Assembly (NCBI GenBank): GCA_049967535.1
Contig: JBMFSN010000003.1
Location: 1-40,606, forward strand
Direction of reading: 5' to 3'
Source of the DNA: Minisyncoccia bacterium
Lineage (GTDB): Bacteria > Patescibacteriota > Minisyncoccia > UBA6257
DNA length: 40,606 bases
Made by a program: the position numbers and the translations under genes. The first letter of the stretch is position 1. Every line of letters begins with the position of its first letter. This document shows positions 37,287 through 40,606 of the stretch, piece after piece. Under the pieces are notes generated by a model, which saw nothing but the letters and a program-made list of their open reading frames with translations, had not been told where the DNA came from and searched no databases.

Positions 37287-37415
37287 CTAAGCAAAATAAT
37301 TTTTGCTCTTATTACCCCTTTTCCTTCAATCATTTAGCTTTGATTGATTTAATAAGGCTCTTATTAAGAAAAAAGGGGCTATTTCTTAAAAATCTTCAAA
37401 AAAACCTTCTGGGGG

Positions 37416-37443
37416 TTGACAAAATATATGGATATGCTAAAAT
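37416..37443 (+). promoter_or_regulatory. Sigma70 promoter for the 3D-domain gene
   Basis: TTGACA-N16-TAAAAT with extended TG. Confidence 0.7.
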
Positions 37444-37504
37444 ACAAGATACAACTCCCAAATTGGGAGTTTTTTGATACCACAAATTTAAAATATAACT
37501 ATTT

Positions 37505-38026
37505 ATGAGTGATCCTTATATAGGTAATCATCCTTGGCTGAAGAGGGCTTTAAAAGCCAGTTTGGTTAGTTTTATTCTTATTTTCGCTCTTTTTAGCCGC
37601 TTTTCTGGTATTCTAGTTGAAGGTTCTTTTTCTACTATAATCACTAAGGCTGACTTTCCTTCGGCTAATAATACTTCACCTTATCTTTCTAGCGATTCGT
37701 TTCTCTTAGGAGCTACTCCCCCTAACCCTGAAACGATAACCAAGACAATAATTGCCACTGCTTATTCTTCTACTCCTGACCAAACTGATGATACCCCCTT
37801 TATCACTGCCTCTGGTAAAGTAGTAAAAGATGGCATTATTGCTTCAAATTCTCTCCCCTTTGGCACAAAAATAAAATTGCCCAAGCTTTTTGGTGATAAA
37901 ATTTTCACCGTAGAGGATCGCATGCACTACAGATTTTCCTCTGATCATATTGATATCTGGATGCCCACGAGAGAATCAGCTCAAGAATTTGGCGTAAAAG
38001 AAACCCTGATGGAAATATTAGAATAA
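37505..38026 (+). CDS. 3D-domain protein (MltA-like peptidoglycan remodelling), N-terminal anchor
   Basis: ATAYSS...TD.TPFITASG, IIASN.LPFGTKI, VEDR, IDIWM.....A.EFG. Confidence 0.92.
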   Translation: MSDPYIGNHPWLKRALKASLVSFILIFALFSRFSGILVEGSFSTIITKADFPSANNTSPYLSSDSFLLGATPPNPETITKTIIATAYSSTPDQTDDTPFITASGKVVKDGIIASNSLPFGTKIKLPKLFGDKIFTVEDRMHYRFSSDHIDIWMPTRESAQEFGVKETLMEILE

Positions 38027-38048
38027 AAAATATTCACATCACAAATAC

Positions 38049-38077
38049 AAAACCTCTGCTTTTTAGCAGAGGTTTTT
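38049..38077. terminator. Bidirectional intrinsic terminator
   Basis: AAAACCTCTGCT-TTTT-AGCAGAGGTTTTT between the convergent 3D gene and tRNA-Leu. Confidence 0.9.
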
Positions 38078-38082
38078 ATTAG

Positions 38083-38166
38083 TGCCCAGGGTGGGACTCG
38101 AACCCACACGGGGTTTCCCCCATCAGATTTTAAGTCTGATTTGGCTACCAGTTACAACACCTGGGC
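38083..38166 (-). tRNA. tRNA-Leu(TAA)
   Basis: GCCCAGG/CCTGGGC acceptor, TCAGA-CTTAAAA-TCTGA, long variable arm. Confidence 0.95.
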
Positions 38167-38211
38167 AGAGAAACTTACAGATATTTTACTAAATTTTTTT
38201 CTTTTTTCAAG

Positions 38212-38284
38212 AGGCCCGGGTGGGATTTGCACCCACGAATAACGGTTTTGCAGACCGCAGCGTTAGCTACTTCGCCACCGAGCC
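38212..38284 (-). tRNA. tRNA-Cys(GCA)
   Basis: GGCTCGG/CCGGGCC acceptor, U73, GCGGT-CTGCAAA-ACCGT. Confidence 0.93.
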
Positions 38285-38307
38285 AAAATTAAGCTTATTT
38301 CATCCTA

Positions 38308-39789
38308 TTAAATTTTTTGAAAAAACTCAAGTAGATCACCTTCTTCTATTACCTTAGGGCTAACAATTAAAACTCCACACTCACTTCCTGTTGTAGCTTC
38401 ATTAACATCCATTCTATTTTTTTGTAAGTTTATTATCCTTCCTTCTCCAATTATACTTTCATTTCTTATTATTCTTATTTTGGCTTTATTTTTTGCTACC
38501 CCTTCAATGATTTTTCCCCCTATTAATTGATTTTCTTTTTCTGGATGGAAAACGGCTAAAACTTCTATTTTACCCAGAATTTCTTCGGTGGGTTTATTAA
38601 CAAACTGTTCTTCAATGATTTTTTGAACTTTATCTTTTATTTCATAAATGATTTCTCCTTCCAATAAAATAAGGTTTTTATTCGCTAATAAGATATTGGC
38701 TACTTCTGGTTTTTTAGCGATACGAAAATTAATAATCAAAGTTCTTTCCTGAGAAGCAATTTTTAAATCCCCTTCAGTTAAATCACCTACCTCACTTTTT
38801 AGAACTAAAAAGAGCCATGACTTTTCTTGTCCTAATTGTCCAAGAATACACTCTAGAGCTTCACTAGAACTTAAAGTGTCGCTTTTTATAATAAGGGGAA
38901 TTTTTAGCTGAGAATTACTATCGCCTAATTGTTTAATTGAAGTTTTAGAAATATCTTCTATCTCTTTGTTTTTTAATTGATTTTCGTCAACAAAAAATTC
39001 TTCACCGGCTGATGGCAAATTTTCAAAACCAATTACTCGAATCGGTGAAGAAAAAGTAGCTTCTGAAATTGTCTTACCTTGAAAATCTTCCAAAATTTTA
39101 ACTTTTCCTTGGGCTGATTCAGTAGCTATTTTATCTTTTAAATGAAGGGTACCGTTGGTAATAATGAGGGTAGCGGTAATTCCTCTTCTGGCATCAAGAT
39201 GAGAGTCAATTATAATGCCCGAGGCTAATTGAAAAAAATCAGCTTTTAGCTCCTCCATTTCTGCCACTAATAAAATAAGTTCTAAAAGTTCATCAACTCC
39301 TTGACCTGTTTTGGAAGACACTTCAACTAAAGGAATATCTCCGCCCCGGCCCTCTAAAAAAACGCCCAAGTCAGCTAATTCTTTTTTTACTTTTTCTGGA
39401 TTAGCTCCATCTTTATCAATCTTAGTCAAAACAACAATAAAGGGAATATGAGCTTCTTTAATACAATTAAGAGATTCTATTGTTTGAGGCTTAACTCCTT
39501 CGTCAGCTGCTACAATTAAAAGAGCAATATCAGCGGCTTTCGCTCCTCGGGAACGAATTTGAGAAAAAGCTTCATGGCCGGGAGTATCAAGAAAAGTGAT
39601 TTTCTTGCCTTTAATTTCTATTTCATAAGCCCCAATATGTTGAGTAATTCCACCGGTTTCTTTTTCTGCCACTTTGGTTTTTCTAATATAATCCAAAAGT
39701 GAAGTTTTCCCATGATCCACATGGCCTAAAACCACCACAATCGGTGGTCGAGGAATTAAAGTATTATCTTGTTTGATATTTTGATCCAT
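38308..39789 (-). CDS. infB: Translation initiation factor IF-2, short form
   Basis: PRPPIVVVLGHVDHGKTSLLD, GGITQHIGAY, FLDTPGHEAF, IIYE, GSECG. Confidence 0.96.
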   Translation of the reverse strand: MDQNIKQDNTLIPRPPIVVVLGHVDHGKTSLLDYIRKTKVAEKETGGITQHIGAYEIEIKGKKITFLDTPGHEAFSQIRSRGAKAADIALLIVAADEGVKPQTIESLNCIKEAHIPFIVVLTKIDKDGANPEKVKKELADLGVFLEGRGGDIPLVEVSSKTGQGVDELLELILLVAEMEELKADFFQLASGIIIDSHLDARRGITATLIITNGTLHLKDKIATESAQGKVKILEDFQGKTISEATFSSPIRVIGFENLPSAGEEFFVDENQLKNKEIEDISKTSIKQLGDSNSQLKIPLIIKSDTLSSSEALECILGQLGQEKSWLFLVLKSEVGDLTEGDLKIASQERTLIINFRIAKKPEVANILLANKNLILLEGEIIYEIKDKVQKIIEEQFVNKPTEEILGKIEVLAVFHPEKENQLIGGKIIEGVAKNKAKIRIIRNESIIGEGRIINLQKNRMDVNEATTGSECGVLIVSPKVIEEGDLLEFFQKI

Positions 39790-39856
39790 AAAATTAAAAG
39801 AAAAATAATGAAATTACAAATTACTAATAAAATTTCAAATCACAAATGACAAGAAG

Positions 39857-39897
39857 AAGTATTAAGTATTAAGTATTAAGTATTAAGTATTAAGTAT
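39857..39897. repeat. Heptamer tandem repeat (AAGTATT)x5 plus a partial copy
   Basis: Five exact copies followed by AAGTAT. Confidence 0.95.
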
Positions 39898-39924
39898 AAT
39901 TTATTTAAAAATTAAAAATTGATT

Positions 39925-39956
39925 CCAGATTCCTGCCTGCGCAGGCAGGCCAGATT
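39925..39956. repeat. REP-like 18-bp palindrome flanked by a 7-bp direct repeat
   Basis: ccagatt-CCTGCCTGCGCAGGCAGG-ccagatt. Confidence 0.8.
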
Positions 39957-39966
39957 CCAAAGATAG

Positions 39967-40048
39967 CGGAGGGGACAGGATTCGAACCTGCAAGCCCTTA
40001 CGGGCACCGGTTTTCAAGACCGGCGCATTACCATTCTGCCACCCCTCC
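39967..40048 (-). tRNA. tRNA-Ser(TGA)
   Basis: GGAGGGG/CCCCTCC acceptor, CCGGT-CTTGAAA-ACCGG, long variable arm, G73. Confidence 0.96.
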
Positions 40049-40107
40049 CAAATAAAATCTAGAATTGAAAAAGATAAAAATTACTTTTTAAAATATAAAA
40101 CTTCAAT

Positions 40108-40136
40108 ATTGTATAACAAAACTCTTAAAAAGGCAA
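40108..40136 (-). promoter_or_regulatory. Sigma70 promoter for tRNA-Ser(TGA)/infB
   Basis: TTGCCT-N17-TACAAT. Confidence 0.65.
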
Positions 40137-40137
40137 C

Positions 40138-40164
40138 TTAAAACCGCTCTAAGAGCGGTTTTAA
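40138..40164. terminator. Palindromic terminator-like hairpin downstream of the Cys-rich gene
   Basis: TTAAAACCGCTCT-A-AGAGCGGTTTTAA. Confidence 0.75.
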
Positions 40165-40185
40165 ACAGTATGACAATATTAATAT

Positions 40186-40418
40186 TTATTGACAAAGAGG
40201 ATCGGGTGCGCAAACAGGAACTTTACAAGAGCACAAATTACATAAAGTAGTACAACGATTAACGCCAGAACAATATTTCACCATTGATTCATCTCCGCAA
40301 TCTGAAAGCTGGTTTTGAGAAGGGCGATTAAATAAGGCAGGAGATACCTTGGAAAGAGCTCCAATAATTAATCCCCCTAAAAAAAGAAAACAAAAGAGAG
40401 AAACAAATTTTTATTCAT
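40186..40418 (-). pseudogene. Frameshifted gene for a ~77-aa secreted or membrane-anchored 8-Cys mini-protein
   Basis: ATG 40418 frame stops after 13 codons. Adding one base in the A5 or T7 run joins it to LGGLIIGALSKVSPALFNRPSQNQLSDCGDESMVKYCSGVNRCTTLCNLCSCKVPVCAPDPLCQ*. Confidence 0.65.
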
Positions 40419-40439
40419 ATGTTTGGGTTTAATACTTTA

Positions 40440-40491
40440 ATTATGCACAGAGAGGATTACTGTTGTCAAGAAATAAAATATGAGGTAAGAT
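40440..40491. promoter_or_regulatory. Back-to-back promoters sharing one -35 core (Cys-rich gene / tRNA-Arg)
   Basis: Minus: TTGACA(40469..40464)-N18-CATAAT. Plus: TTGTCA(40463-40468)-N17-TAAGAT. Confidence 0.6.
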
Positions 40492-40520
40492 AAATAAAGT
40501 AAAAAAGAGGAAATATTTTT

Positions 40521-40594
40521 GCCCTCGTAGCTCAATTGGATAGAGTGGGTGGCTTCGAACCACCAGGTTGCAGGTTCGAGTCCTGCCGAGGGCA
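40521..40594 (+). tRNA. tRNA-Arg(TCG)
   Basis: GCCCTCG/CGAGGGC acceptor, GGTGG-CTTCGAA-CCACC. Confidence 0.95.
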
Positions 40595-40606
40595 CTTAAA
40601 AACATA

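Noticed and set aside
37315-37378. Purine riboswitch or S15 leader identity for the three-way junction
   Set aside because: Purine-riboswitch junction nucleotides are absent, and the element is separated from rpsO by a tRNA and rpsO's own promoter.
39857-39897. Possible CRISPR array at the tandem repeats
   Set aside because: 7-bp units with no spacers, and no cas genes in the window.
7187-40594. Integrated element at any of the 15 tRNAs
   Set aside because: No integrase and no long duplicated tRNA 3' end; the similarity between Arg(CCT) and Arg(GCG) is between two complete tRNA genes.

Overview
AT-rich bacterial chromosome segment read with the standard code (table 11). Gene content and compactness point to Patescibacteria/CPR, probably Parcubacteria: a pilMNO-pilB cluster with no pilQ in the window, comF, alpha2-type GlyRS, short IF2, 3-domain S1, RNase Y/J, and almost no Shine-Dalgarno sites. 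Most of the window is housekeeping (rpsA, hup, rny, gpmI, secG, rnj, tatD, metG, glyQS, recO, recG, htrA, rplS, rluD-like, ftsH, pnp, rpsO, infB) with 15 tRNA genes interleaved. No rRNA, CRISPR array, transposase or integrase was seen. Most interesting: (1) a Mom-like GNAT + CYTH fusion gene bracketed by a 41-bp promoter-containing direct repeat, upstream of an ndk; (2) tRNA-Ile(UAU) plus tRNA-Arg(GCG)/(UCG), suggesting decoding without TilS/TadA; (3) a 138-bp MITE-like element at the 3' end of tRNA-Arg(CCU); (4) a 154-nt rod-like RNA upstream of rny; (5) a frameshifted 8-Cys secreted mini-protein gene; (6) tRNAs tightly punctuating protein operons; (7) recurrent 13-nt-spacer and shared -35 promoter architectures. 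All calls come from manual motif and structure reading; no database searches were run.
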